Below, piece by piece: positions 31,839 through 42,500 of a DNA stretch of 64,000 nt. Made by a program: the position numbers and the translations under genes. Where the stretch lies: positions 32,001 to 96,000 of the forward strand of contig CAVTNR010000001.1 of assembly GCA_963736115.1 (NCBI GenBank), read 5' to 3'. Position 1 is the first letter of the stretch, and each line of letters begins with the position of its first letter. Origin of the DNA: an uncultured bacterium (GTDB lineage Bacteria; Zhuqueibacterota; QNDG01; DTFT01). The notes under the pieces were generated by a model that made no database searches, was not told the DNA's origin, and worked only from the letters and a program-made list of their open reading frames with translations.

Positions 31839-32282
31839 ATGACCGGTTCCGGAACGAAGCCGGATGGCGTCCGGGCCGAACACCGGACTTTTCTCGAGCG
31901 GTTTTCGGATCTCTCGAAAAAGGTCATACGGCCCGTCATGGAACATGTCATGGAGCTGATCCGGAAGGCGGGCTTCGACTCCGGGATCTCCGAGCGAAAG
32001 GAGATGGCGCTGCCGGACGGCTCCGTCCGGAACGCGGAAATCAGGCTGACCATCGTTCCGCCGGGCTGTGAAGCCGATGCCGCGGATCCGGAACACTGCC
32101 CGGCCGTTGTTTTTTCAGTCCCCATCTCCGAAAACGTCATCCGCGTGCAGGTGAGCCGGAAAATGGCAGGGGGCGGCTGGCGTCCGGAAGACATCGGGGA
32201 ACTGCATCCCGGGGCCGTAACCGAGGAGGAAGTGTCCGGTCACATTCTCCGGGTTCTTGAACTGGCCGCGGAAAAAGCGTAA
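31839..32282 (+). CDS. Hypothetical protein
   Basis: ORF with RBS ggagg and protein-like composition. Confidence 0.55.
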   Translation: MTGSGTKPDGVRAEHRTFLERFSDLSKKVIRPVMEHVMELIRKAGFDSGISERKEMALPDGSVRNAEIRLTIVPPGCEADAADPEHCPAVVFSVPISENVIRVQVSRKMAGGGWRPEDIGELHPGAVTEEEVSGHILRVLELAAEKA

Positions 32283-32443
32283 ATTCCATTTGCCCGCCTG
32301 ATCCGGTTCCTGCTTGCACCGGTCCGGGGTGGCTCCGACAGGACCGGGCAACCCTTGTTCCGCAAACCGTGACAATTTGATACTTGGTTCACACCCGGAG
32401 TTTGGATAAATTTGAACCGGTCCATTCACAGCCGGGAGAAACC

Positions 32444-34555
32444 ATGAAAAACCGCAGTCTTCGCCTGATTCCCGCCCTGACTCTTTGTTCCGGAGTGCTG
32501 ATGAGCCAGAATCCTTCCTTCGCGCCCCCGGTCTCATACGAAGCAGCGTCCGCAAGGGCGGATGCCGTTGTCCGTCAGCTGACTTTGGACGAGAAACTCA
32601 GCCTGATCGGCGGGCACAACAGCTTTTTCATCAAGGGGCTCGAGCGCTTCGGTTTTCCGGACCTGTACATGGCGGACGCGACAGCCGGCCTGCATATCCG
32701 CGAATCATTCAGCAACAAAAATCTCGGCGCGCCTCCCATGGAGAAATCCACGGCCTTTCCGTGCCCTCTGCTTCTGGCCGCAACCTGGAACGCCGATCTC
32801 AGCAGGCGATACGCCGAGGCCGTGGGCGAGGAGTGCCGGGCAGGAGGCGTGTCCGTTCTCCTCGGCCCGGGCCTCAACCTCTACCGTGTCTCCCAGTGCG
32901 GACGCAACTTCGAATACTTCGGAGAGGACCCCTTTCTCGCGGGAAGGATGATCGCGCATTACGTCACGGGTCTGCAGTCCACCGGGACCCCGGCCACGCT
33001 CAAACATTTTCTTGCGAACAATACGGATTTTTACCGCCGCAGGAGCAATTCGGTCGTGGATGAGCGGACCATCCGGGAACTGTACGCCCGGGCCTTTGAA
33101 GCGGGCATCCGGGCGGGCGCCATGGCGGTCATGACCTCGTACAATCTGGTGAACGGCGAGTGGACGGGCCAGAGCGAAGCTGTGATCAATGATCTGCTTA
33201 GAAAACAGCTCGGGTTCAAGTGGCTGGTCATGACGGACTGGTGGTCCGTGTGGGACGGGGAGAAGGTGATCCGTTCCGGCCAGGACCTGGAAATGCCCGG
33301 CCTGGAGGCGCTCAAGAAAACAAAGGAATTGCTCGCCCAGGGCCGCATACTCGAGCCGGACATCGACCGCATGACGGCCAGCATCCTGACCATGGCTTTT
33401 GCCATGAACCTGTATGACAGGCCCGTGCAGGACAGGTCGTATGAAAGCCGTTTTCCGGCCCATGTCGAGACCGCGCTTCAGACCAGCCGGGAAGGCATCG
33501 TGCTCCTGAAGAACACCGGTGTTCTGCCCATCCGGCCCGCATCCGCGAACCGCATTCTGGTGACCGGTAAATTCGTGACCGACATCGCGGCGGGCGGCGG
33601 CGCCGCGGAGGTGAAGGGCTATGACCCGGTGACGCTTCTGGACGCGCTCAAAAAGGAATACGGCGAACGTATCGTTTACGATCCCTATCCCTCAGAAGCC
33701 GCGCTTCGGGAGGCGGACGCGGTTCTGGTCAATACCGGCACATCGGACTGCGAGGGCTGGGACAGGCCCTTCGACCTGCCCGCGCACGAGAACGCCTTCA
33801 TCCAAAGATGCCTGGCCGCGAACTCGCGGTCCGTGGTCATCGTGCATTCAGGTAGCGGGGTCAACATGAGCCCCTGGAACGGACAGGCCGATGCGGTGGT
33901 CTATTCCTGGTACAAGGGACAGATCGGGAATGTCGCTTTGGCGGAAATCCTTTCGGGCCGAACCAATCCCTCAGGCCGCCTGCCCATCAGTATTGAAAAG
34001 CGTTTCGAGGATTCGCCGGGATACGGTTATATGCCGGAAGGCGATACGCTTTACACGGGTTGGGCCGGAAAAAGGGAATATGAGCATCCGGTTTACGACA
34101 TCGAATATAAAGAGGGCGTGTTTATCGGCTACCGCTGGTACGAGCACAAACGGATCGAGCCGCTGTATGCCTTTGGTCACGGGCTGTCCTATACCACATT
34201 CGAATTTTCGGATCTGAAAATCGCCGAACCGTCCGTGAAACCGGGGGAGACGGTTCATGTTTCGCTCCGGGTCCGCAACACAGGACTCACGGAAGGCGCG
34301 GAAACGGTTCAGCTCTATGTCCGCGACGAGGCCTGCTCCGTCCCCCGTCCTGAAAAAGAATTGAAGGAATTCTCGAAGATTTTTCTGAAGCCGGGAGAGG
34401 AACGAACCGTGTCCTTCGAACTGGGGAAGGACGCATTCGCGTTCTGGGATACAGACCGCGGGGACTGGACCGTGGAGCCGGGCGTTTTCCGCGTCCTGAT
34501 CGGAAAATCGTCCGCGGATATCGTGCTGGAGGGGGGAGTGGAAGTGGTTCGGTAG
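32444..34555 (+). CDS. GH3 beta-glucosidase, secreted
   Basis: GRNFEYFGEDP, KHF, MTSYN, nucleophile MTDW, and a C-terminal Fn3-like domain. Confidence 0.93.
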   Translation: MKNRSLRLIPALTLCSGVLMSQNPSFAPPVSYEAASARADAVVRQLTLDEKLSLIGGHNSFFIKGLERFGFPDLYMADATAGLHIRESFSNKNLGAPPMEKSTAFPCPLLLAATWNADLSRRYAEAVGEECRAGGVSVLLGPGLNLYRVSQCGRNFEYFGEDPFLAGRMIAHYVTGLQSTGTPATLKHFLANNTDFYRRRSNSVVDERTIRELYARAFEAGIRAGAMAVMTSYNLVNGEWTGQSEAVINDLLRKQLGFKWLVMTDWWSVWDGEKVIRSGQDLEMPGLEALKKTKELLAQGRILEPDIDRMTASILTMAFAMNLYDRPVQDRSYESRFPAHVETALQTSREGIVLLKNTGVLPIRPASANRILVTGKFVTDIAAGGGAAEVKGYDPVTLLDALKKEYGERIVYDPYPSEAALREADAVLVNTGTSDCEGWDRPFDLPAHENAFIQRCLAANSRSVVIVHSGSGVNMSPWNGQADAVVYSWYKGQIGNVALAEILSGRTNPSGRLPISIEKRFEDSPGYGYMPEGDTLYTGWAGKREYEHPVYDIEYKEGVFIGYRWYEHKRIEPLYAFGHGLSYTTFEFSDLKIAEPSVKPGETVHVSLRVRNTGLTEGAETVQLYVRDEACSVPRPEKELKEFSKIFLKPGEERTVSFELGKDAFAFWDTDRGDWTVEPGVFRVLIGKSSADIVLEGGVEVVR

Positions 34556-34892
34556 GCTGTCCGTGCGATTAACGGATTGAGTGGTTATTTTTTTTCAAAT
34601 CAGGACTTGCGTCTCTGCAGCAAGTCCTTTTCTGTATATGAGCTTGATGGATGGGGCCGGTGCGGCATGGGTTTTTTTAATAAAAACGGTCTTGACATTC
34701 TCGTTTTTTTATCTAATTTGACATTATATTACCACTTTAAGTTTAGAATCTCCGTCTTTAAAATTTCAGAAACGGTCTTCATCCGATTGCCCCGGTCATA
34801 CCCGCAATCGGCATCGGAACGGAGTCGCATCCTTCCAACGGTCCCAAAGGTCGCGTCGTTCGTCCGGATGAACACACGAAAAGGAACCTGAC

Positions 34893-37481
34893 ATGCCCCA
34901 GAAAAACAGGATCATTCTTGTCACCGGTGACGTCGTTCTCGACCACCATGTCTATGTCGGGGAAAGAACAGGTCCGGACTCGTCCAGACGGGTCGGAACG
35001 ATCGATCGGACCTCGGAGGGCGGGGCGGGACTGGTCTTCCGCATTCTCGAGACCCTTTCCACGCGGGATCATTCGACACCTGGAGCCGAGGGAGGATACA
35101 CGGTCGAATTCGGCCTTGATTCCGGAATTTTCGGCAAACTGGATTCCTGCCTGAACGCTTACGCGAACTGGAGGCCGTTTCCTCTGGATAAGCAACAGAT
35201 CTGGCGGATGGACAGGGAACTGGGATACGGGAGCCCCTGCTCGAGGGTTTTTCCGTACGCCGAGCACTGCAATCCCAAACTTTCCCCGGATCCGGAACTC
35301 CTGCTGATCGATGACGGCGGACTGGGCTTCCGGCATGGCATACAGAAGGCCGCATGGCCGTTCTGCCTGACCCATGAAAATGCCGGACTCCCGCGCTGGA
35401 TCGTTCTGAAAATGTCCAGCCCGCTGGCGCAGGGCGACCTGTGGAGGCTTCTGTCCGGCCGTTTCCGGGACCGGCTGATCGTGGTCGTGTCCATCGGCGA
35501 CATCCGCAAGGAGGAGGTCCAGGTCAGCAGGGGCATTTCCTGGGAGCGCACGGCGATCGATCTCACCGAGGAACTGTGCGCGAATCCAGCGGTCAAGGGG
35601 CTCCTGAACTGCAGGCACCTGATCGTGTCGTTCGGGGACGAGGGGGCCCTGCACGTCGAAATCACCGGACAGGAGAAACGGTTCAGGCTCTTTTTCGACA
35701 TCTCCCAGATGGAACAGGAATCCGGCGAAAAGATCAAAGGCCGGGGGCTTGGATTCACCGCCTGCCTGACCTCGGGGATGGCGGACAAACTGGCGCGTGG
35801 CGGATCGGAGGACCCGATCGCGGAAGGGATCCGGGCGGGGCTTTCGGCCATGCGCATGATGCACCTGCAGGGGCACGGTCCCGTGACCGACGGGACCCCC
35901 GGCTTTCCTTTCGATGCAGTGGCCCGGGACATCCTCGATCCGAAGAGCCGGTTTTCGGAGATTGATCTTCCCGATCCGGAGCGGTCCGATGCGGGCGTGA
36001 AAAAATCGTGGACGATCATGACCGCTTTTCTGGGCGGCGTGAAGAAAAATCCGCGTCCGCTGTACGGCGCGGGCCGCCGGGTCGCGATTCTGGGACCGGA
36101 TGCTCTGAACCATGTTCCCTTCTCCCGTTTCGGCAGGGTGTTCACCGTGGATCGGAACGAGATCGAAAGCCTCCGTACCATTCAGACCCTGATCCGGGAT
36201 TACCTGGATCGGGATCCGGGAAAGAAGCCGTTGAATCTGGCCGTGTTCGGCCCTCCCGGCGCCGGGAAAAGTTTCGGCATCGGCGAAATCGCGCGGGGCA
36301 TTCTCGGGAAAGACGTACCCATACTCGAATTCAACCTGTCCCAGTTCGGAGACCCCGCCGCGCTGATGGGCGCGTTTCACCAGGTGCGGGACAAGGTCCT
36401 CGAAGGGGTCATGCCCATCGTATTCTGGGACGAATTCGATTCGCGCGAGTACTTCTGGCTCCAGTACCTGCTCGCCCCCATGCAGGACGGGAAGTTCCTG
36501 GAGGGCCAGATTTCGCATCCGCTGGGGAAGTGCGTTTTCGTTTTCGCGGGCGGCACGAGTTATACCATGGAGAATTTCGGCCCGGTTCCGGGCGATGCCC
36601 GCAAATGGGAGGAGTTCAAGATCAAAAAGGGCCCTGATTTCGTCAGCCGGCTCGCGGGGTATCTCAACGTGCTGGGCCCCAACCGGCGGCTCGTCATGAA
36701 TCCGTCGACAGGGACATGGGAGGATGACCCCGGCGATGTCTGTTTCCCCGTTCGAAGGGCGCTTCTGATGCGCTCCATGCTCGGGTTGAAGGACGGGGAC
36801 CGGCTGGATATCGATCAGGGCGTTTTGTCCGCTCTGATCGAGACGGACCGGTACAGGCACGGATCGCGGTCGCTGGAGAAGATCGTCCTGTCGCTGAAAC
36901 GGACGGAATCCGCCATCCGTAGATCGGACCTGCCCACGGACGATATCCTGTCTCTCCATACGGACACGAACCGTTTTATATCCATCATCAACCGGGACAT
37001 GGCATTTCGATCGAATGCCGAGGTTCTGGCTCCGTTCGTGCACGAATTTTACAGGAAACTCGGAAAAGCGGAGGGGTGGATCCGGAAGGAAATGGACGTG
37101 GATTATCAGGACCTGCCGGATGAATACAAGGACGACAATCGCGCGGCGGCGGGCCGGGTATCCGCCGTCATTTCGCTCGTCGGGCTGTACATCGTGCCGG
37201 AGTCGCACCCGGTTTCCGATCCGCCCGGCGAGATAAAGGAAATCATCGGACGGAACATCGAAATTCTCGCTGAGGCCGAGCACAACGGATGGATGAAATA
37301 CAAGCTGCAGAACGGATGGACGACCGGGGAGAAAAGGGACGAATCACGCAAGGTGCACGATTGCCTGAAACCCTATGGCGTATTGTCCGAGAAAGAGAAG
37401 GACAAGGACAGAAATTCGGCCAGAAACTTCGCCGCCATCATTAAGGAGGCGAAGTTCAAGCTGGTGACGAGTCTGGGGTGA
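34893..37481 (+). CDS. PfkB/RfaE-like N-domain + P-loop ATPase + RyR-domain protein
   Basis: ILVTGDVVLDHHVY, Walker A GPPGAGKS, Walker B VFWDEFD, and RyR motif LAEAEHNGW…GW…RDESRKVHDCLKPYGVLSEKEKDKD. Confidence 0.85.
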   Translation: MPQKNRIILVTGDVVLDHHVYVGERTGPDSSRRVGTIDRTSEGGAGLVFRILETLSTRDHSTPGAEGGYTVEFGLDSGIFGKLDSCLNAYANWRPFPLDKQQIWRMDRELGYGSPCSRVFPYAEHCNPKLSPDPELLLIDDGGLGFRHGIQKAAWPFCLTHENAGLPRWIVLKMSSPLAQGDLWRLLSGRFRDRLIVVVSIGDIRKEEVQVSRGISWERTAIDLTEELCANPAVKGLLNCRHLIVSFGDEGALHVEITGQEKRFRLFFDISQMEQESGEKIKGRGLGFTACLTSGMADKLARGGSEDPIAEGIRAGLSAMRMMHLQGHGPVTDGTPGFPFDAVARDILDPKSRFSEIDLPDPERSDAGVKKSWTIMTAFLGGVKKNPRPLYGAGRRVAILGPDALNHVPFSRFGRVFTVDRNEIESLRTIQTLIRDYLDRDPGKKPLNLAVFGPPGAGKSFGIGEIARGILGKDVPILEFNLSQFGDPAALMGAFHQVRDKVLEGVMPIVFWDEFDSREYFWLQYLLAPMQDGKFLEGQISHPLGKCVFVFAGGTSYTMENFGPVPGDARKWEEFKIKKGPDFVSRLAGYLNVLGPNRRLVMNPSTGTWEDDPGDVCFPVRRALLMRSMLGLKDGDRLDIDQGVLSALIETDRYRHGSRSLEKIVLSLKRTESAIRRSDLPTDDILSLHTDTNRFISIINRDMAFRSNAEVLAPFVHEFYRKLGKAEGWIRKEMDVDYQDLPDEYKDDNRAAAGRVSAVISLVGLYIVPESHPVSDPPGEIKEIIGRNIEILAEAEHNGWMKYKLQNGWTTGEKRDESRKVHDCLKPYGVLSEKEKDKDRNSARNFAAIIKEAKFKLVTSLG

Positions 37482-37559
37482 TCGACCGGAGTACGATGAA
37501 ATGAGTGGTGACTCCGGATGATTCGATCGGGGTCGGGAGTTTGGGGTCCGGCGGCTTCT

Positions 37560-39200
37560 TTACCGATAGAGGCTTAACAGGTTGTCCCGCACACAAGAAA
37601 GCGCCGCATCGCCGCCAATGCCCGTCTTTTGATCGAATTTCACTTCGTATGATTTTCCGGTATTCAGATGAACGGCTATGATGGTTAGAATGCCGTCGAT
37701 GTCGAGCTTGAAGATCACATCGAACTTGTGAAATCCTTCCGGTTTGGGCTCGACATTCTCGATGGTCAGCTCGCCGATGGGCGTGTTCTCGAAAACAAAC
37801 TGGCCTTCTCCTTGGTAAATCGACACCTTGATTCTCGTGACATTTTCAGGATTGGTGATATTGGAGATCTTCACTTCGATCGGAATGTAGCTGCCCTGCG
37901 CGATTATCCGTACGCATTGGCCGCCCGCGACTCCGATTCCGATCGAATGCTCCGTGATCAGGTGGATCTGCCTGTCGTCCAAGGACTGATCGTTGAATGT
38001 CAACGATTCCCTCCGGCGCTTGATGTCGAATCCGCCTTCGGTGGAGTCGAACCGCCTGGCCAGTATCGCCGCGCCCCGAGCCGCTGCAGTAGCCGGATTG
38101 ATTTCACCGCGGATGAAACCATCGTCCTTCTTGAAATAATCCCGCAGCATCTCCCTGATCTTAGGGATTTTACTGGATCCCCCGACCAGGAGGACCGCGT
38201 CCACCTGGTCTCTTTCGATGCCTTTCTGTTCCCTGGCGTTGTTGATGGCCATATCGACATAGTTAAGGGATTTGCGAAGGAGTCCGTCGATCAGAGAAAG
38301 CATTACGCCCCGTGACAGTACCAGCCGGACGCCGGGTTTAATTGATTCAAATACAAGAGTTGTGTACTCATTGAAGGACAGGGAGATTTTAGCATATTCG
38401 GCGATCGATTTGAGATTCGCCTTCGCCTGCCAGTCCGAGCCGACATCGATTCCCTGCTTGCCCAGCTCCTCGACCGCCCATTCCCCGATGGCATCATCGA
38501 AATCCACGCCGCCGAGACGCGGGTCACCGGATGTCGCGATGACGCTGAGATTGCCCGTTTCCATCCGGACGATGGACACGTCAAACGTCCCGCCCCCGAG
38601 ATCGTACACCAGATAGGTTTTTTTCTCAGCTTCCTCCCGGTCCACTCCGTAGCAGATGGCCGCGGCTGTCGGGTCCGGGATGAGCTGCCTCGGATACAGC
38701 CCGGCGAGCAGGGCGGCTTCTTCCGTCGCCTTCTTTTGAGGCTCCATGAAGTAGGCCGGCACGGTCACCACCGCGTCGTGGATTTCCTCCCCGATTTCCC
38801 GTTCGGCGACTTCCTTCATCTTCATCAGGATGAAGGCGCTGATTTCCTGGGGCAGCATCCATTGGCCAGCGAAAAAAACCTTCACGGGATCCCCGGGCTT
38901 GAACACATTTTGGGCATTGAACCGTTCTAGGGATCTATTATTGGGCATGAATAGCTTACCCATATCCCGCTTGATTTCGATTATGGTGTCCTCTGGACGG
39001 ACGGGGAAATTGCGCTTGGCGGCAGCGCCCACAATGACCTTGCGAAGCATCGGGTCCGTGCTGACGACCGAAGGGGTCGTTTCGAAATTGGTGTCCGATT
39101 CCGGATTCCGGAGAATTTCAGCCTGTTCAATATGGGTATTATAGGAGGCTACGGCCGAATACGTCGTACCGAGATCGATACCGATTACTTTGTGATACAT
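37560..39200 (-). CDS. Hsp70-family protein, paralog 2 (C-terminally truncated, E171D-equivalent)
   Basis: [40 protein letters not shown]. Ends just after SBD-beta. RBS gggagg. Confidence 0.9.
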   Translation of the reverse strand: MYHKVIGIDLGTTYSAVASYNTHIEQAEILRNPESDTNFETTPSVVSTDPMLRKVIVGAAAKRNFPVRPEDTIIEIKRDMGKLFMPNNRSLERFNAQNVFKPGDPVKVFFAGQWMLPQEISAFILMKMKEVAEREIGEEIHDAVVTVPAYFMEPQKKATEEAALLAGLYPRQLIPDPTAAAICYGVDREEAEKKTYLVYDLGGGTFDVSIVRMETGNLSVIATSGDPRLGGVDFDDAIGEWAVEELGKQGIDVGSDWQAKANLKSIAEYAKISLSFNEYTTLVFESIKPGVRLVLSRGVMLSLIDGLLRKSLNYVDMAINNAREQKGIERDQVDAVLLVGGSSKIPKIREMLRDYFKKDDGFIRGEINPATAAARGAAILARRFDSTEGGFDIKRRRESLTFNDQSLDDRQIHLITEHSIGIGVAGGQCVRIIAQGSYIPIEVKISNITNPENVTRIKVSIYQGEGQFVFENTPIGELTIENVEPKPEGFHKFDVIFKLDIDGILTIIAVHLNTGKSYEVKFDQKTGIGGDAALSCVRDNLLSLYR

Positions 39201-39529
39201 TTTAATCCCTCCCAATAGATGGGAACATGCAGAAATTTATCGGTACAGGATTCTATCACTAGGGGATCAGATGGCGATTCATAAAATCGGAGCAAGGAAA
39301 TGCCATAGACGGCAGGCTATACCGAAAATACAAGAAGGTGGCTTTCGCGGAAATATAAGGATGTCTTTCACGCTGACGATCGTGTCTGTGGCCTTGTTGT
39401 TCTAGTATTTTAATCGATTTAGAATAGCAGAAGAGATGCGTATCAAAATCGTATTGAACCGAATGTTCGTTGAAAGTGGAAATCTTTCTTCCATGTATGC
39501 CAGATATTCTGAATGAATGTTTGCGGTAC

Positions 39530-42500
39530 TCACATGGTTTTGAGCACGTCCTTGATGTTGTTCAGCAATTTTACCGCCTCTGTTTTCATTTCGTTGTCCG
39601 GCGATTCGTGAATGACCCTCTCGAAATATGATGCCGCCTTTCGCAATTCAGACTCTCCCCGATCGCCGGTTCCGGCATGGTATTTCTCGGCTGCAGACTG
39701 GAATAAACAGAACGCGTAATAATAAACCGCGTGCAGATTGTCCTTGTCCAGGTCCTGTATCTCCTCGAAGCAGGGGAGAAGATCCCTGCATTTATCAGGA
39801 GTGTCCAGCCTGTCCACGGGGGCCAGAGCCGCGGCGACCATGAGCTGACGCTTGTTCTCTATAATTTTTGAGAGAATTTCGGGCTCAGGCCTGGTTTCTT
39901 CATCGCCCGACGATTCCAGGGAACGCAACGCTCCATCTATGTCTTCGTCGATAAGCGCGATCAGCGAATGCGCTTCTTCAGGATTGCCTTTGATCCATTG
40001 ATTGTAAACACCCAGTAATTGCTGCGCGGTCCTGAGGATGTCCGGACTGCTCTCCAACTCCTTCACGAGAAGATCCCGGGCAGTCCGATATTCCTTCTTC
40101 TTTATCGCATCGGCGACAAGCGCGGATCCCTTTCTGTCGGATAGCATCTCCCGGCACTGTTTGACGCCTTCGACGCTGATACCATGCTTCAAGCATCTTT
40201 CCAGGTGGGGGATCGCCTCCGCGGGTTGTTCGAGCTGGGAAAAAAGGAATGCGACAAGACGCGCCGGTCCGGTTAACTCAGGGAAATCTTTGCACCAGGG
40301 TTCGAGATCTGAAATAATCTCCCGGATTTTTTCCTCAGTCATCGGAGTTTCTTTCTGATACAACGCGTTCACTGAGTCAGGATAGAATGGCCTGGGGTCA
40401 TCCAACAGTGTTGCCAATTGCCTATTGTTTTCATCTGGACTTTTTGCCCACTCGTTGGATATTTTCCGCCAGAACTCTTTATGGCGCGGCAACGAGGCTC
40501 TGATCTGTTTAAATCGGGCACTGTCCGATTTAGAAAAATGGTCGCACAGATGGATGAACATATCTGAGGGATGAACGTGTCCAGAGTCTTGATAATGACG
40601 GGCGAGGTTTTCAGTTCATTTGCGATACCGTTTGCTGCGGCTTCGACGAGCTCCTTCTGAAATTGCGTCGGGATATCGTTCAGCCGGTCGAGAATAAGGA
40701 GAGAGTCAATCGATTTTATTTCTATACCCCAGTCAACTTCCCCCTGTTTGCTGAATTCTTTGTCATATCTCCAAAGTTGGGAGAAACCGAAAAAAAACAA
40801 GAATTTAAGCCTGTACACGTCCTCAATCCATTCGATGAGATGGCTCTCATCGGCGTGGTAGTTCGGATTGTTCGCCAGAGTCAGCCCTTCCGTCGTTTCA
40901 CAGAAAGAAAGGGCAGACTGAAGGCGCGAAACGCATGTGCTGCGGAATCCCCTTCCGATCCGTTCCGGCAATTCCTGGCACACGCGGTCGATGAATTGGT
41001 CCAACATATCTTTGTATCCGGTTTTTACCTGCTGGGCATGCTCCCCGCCATTTTTCTTTCTGTCTGTTTCGCCAGTCGGATCCTTTTGAAGGGACCGGTC
41101 ACGGCCCAGTAGGAGAACTGGAGTCCGCATTTCGAACCAGCGGTTCAGGAATTCGGCCTGCTTGTGTGCCACAAATTCCCGAAGCAGGCCCGGACTGTTG
41201 AGGAGATCGATCAGTTTCCGGACGCGGCCCTTGTGGTCTGGTGTCTGGTCCTTAGAATCCCATAAAAATCCGTTCGCGAATGCCCATGCAAAATTTTTAT
41301 GGAAATCAGACCGGGCCAAGGCTGAAACACGGGGGTTGTCCGTCGCGATCGCGTGGAAATAGAGGACTTCACAATACGATTTCCAGGATAGCAATGTCTG
41401 ACCGTGATCGGTCGAAGTCAGTGTGTCGCATACGGCGATATTTTTCAGCGCAGGCAGGTACAGACGGTCGATGTGCAGGCATTTTTGCCAAAGCAAACGG
41501 GCCCGGCGGCTTTTTCCGAGGCGATGAAGGGTGGTGGCTGCCTGCATCAAAACAGACATCTCGAGTAATTTCAGCTCAGGAAGGCCGCGTTGTTCCCCCG
41601 TATAGGCGTCAAACGTGGACAGACTGTGATCGATGATACTGTCGACTTCATCGTCGACCGCCTGAAGCGTTTGCCCCAGGCCTTCGGGCCCCGAAAAAGA
41701 GTTCGGTTCGATTTTCCGTCTCGGGGAGTCGGTTCCACCAACTGCAGGCTGCGCAACTTGGTTTTGAGCGGGAAGGGCCAATTTGACCAGGTGTCGGCCG
41801 AAGCGACCCTGAGCGGTCAGATGTTCCTTGAACCGGGATTCGAGTTCAGTCGCTTTCTTTTCAAGCGTCTTGTCCAGGGCTGTCATCCGCCGGGCCTCGG
41901 TGATGCGCAGGATGGCCGCTTCGTTTTGTTTCGGAAGGGAATTGATGAATAGCCTGATTTCCAGCGCGAGCGTCGCCTGTTCGGGTGTAAGCGTTCCGGT
42001 CTGACGGTCCTCGGTCGTCATCTGTTTCAAACGGGTCCAGTACGAGGCGATCTTTTCCGATGTCCCGGTCGATTCAATCCAAAGCGCATCCAGGACGTCG
42101 GCCGGAGACTCGAGTGATCCGGGCGTTCCTTCTCGAGGAAGGAGCCGTGATCGCCGTAGACTCGATCTTGCCGGACCATTCCACGAATTTCGGTGAAGCC
42201 GAATCCGCCGGTTTGTCGGGCTTGATCGGCATGGAAGCCAGCTTGGCGCCGATCCGGGCATGGATCTTTCTCAGGTTGGACGGCGGATTCAGCTCATTGA
42301 AGGCTTTTTTACATTCCTCCATTTTCAACGTGAACGCGTTGCGTCTCGTTTCCGGGGAAGCGGAAGGCCGAAGAACGGCGTCCAGTTCATCGGATGGAAT
42401 CCCGAGTATCTGTTTCTGGAGCCGTTCGATGCCCGAGAGACCGTTTGACGCCGATTCCTGAAGCCGGTTCAGGGCTGCGGTGAAGATCACGTGGTCCTTC

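Noticed and set aside
34556-34892. att site or mobile-element boundary at the island's left edge
   Set aside because: AT-rich intergenic DNA only. No tRNA, integrase or direct repeat was found in the window.
4048-37283. Long antisense ORFs (e.g. 4048..5922, 8742..10472, 11625..13403, 34779..37283)
   Set aside because: These are shadows of GC-rich genes on the opposite strand and carry no motifs.
39291-39306. Sigma54-like TGGCATTTCCTTGCT (minus strand) upstream of Hsp70-2
   Set aside because: GG-to-GC spacing is 9 rather than the strict 10. It would be valid only if a base is missing through sequencing error, so recheck after polishing.
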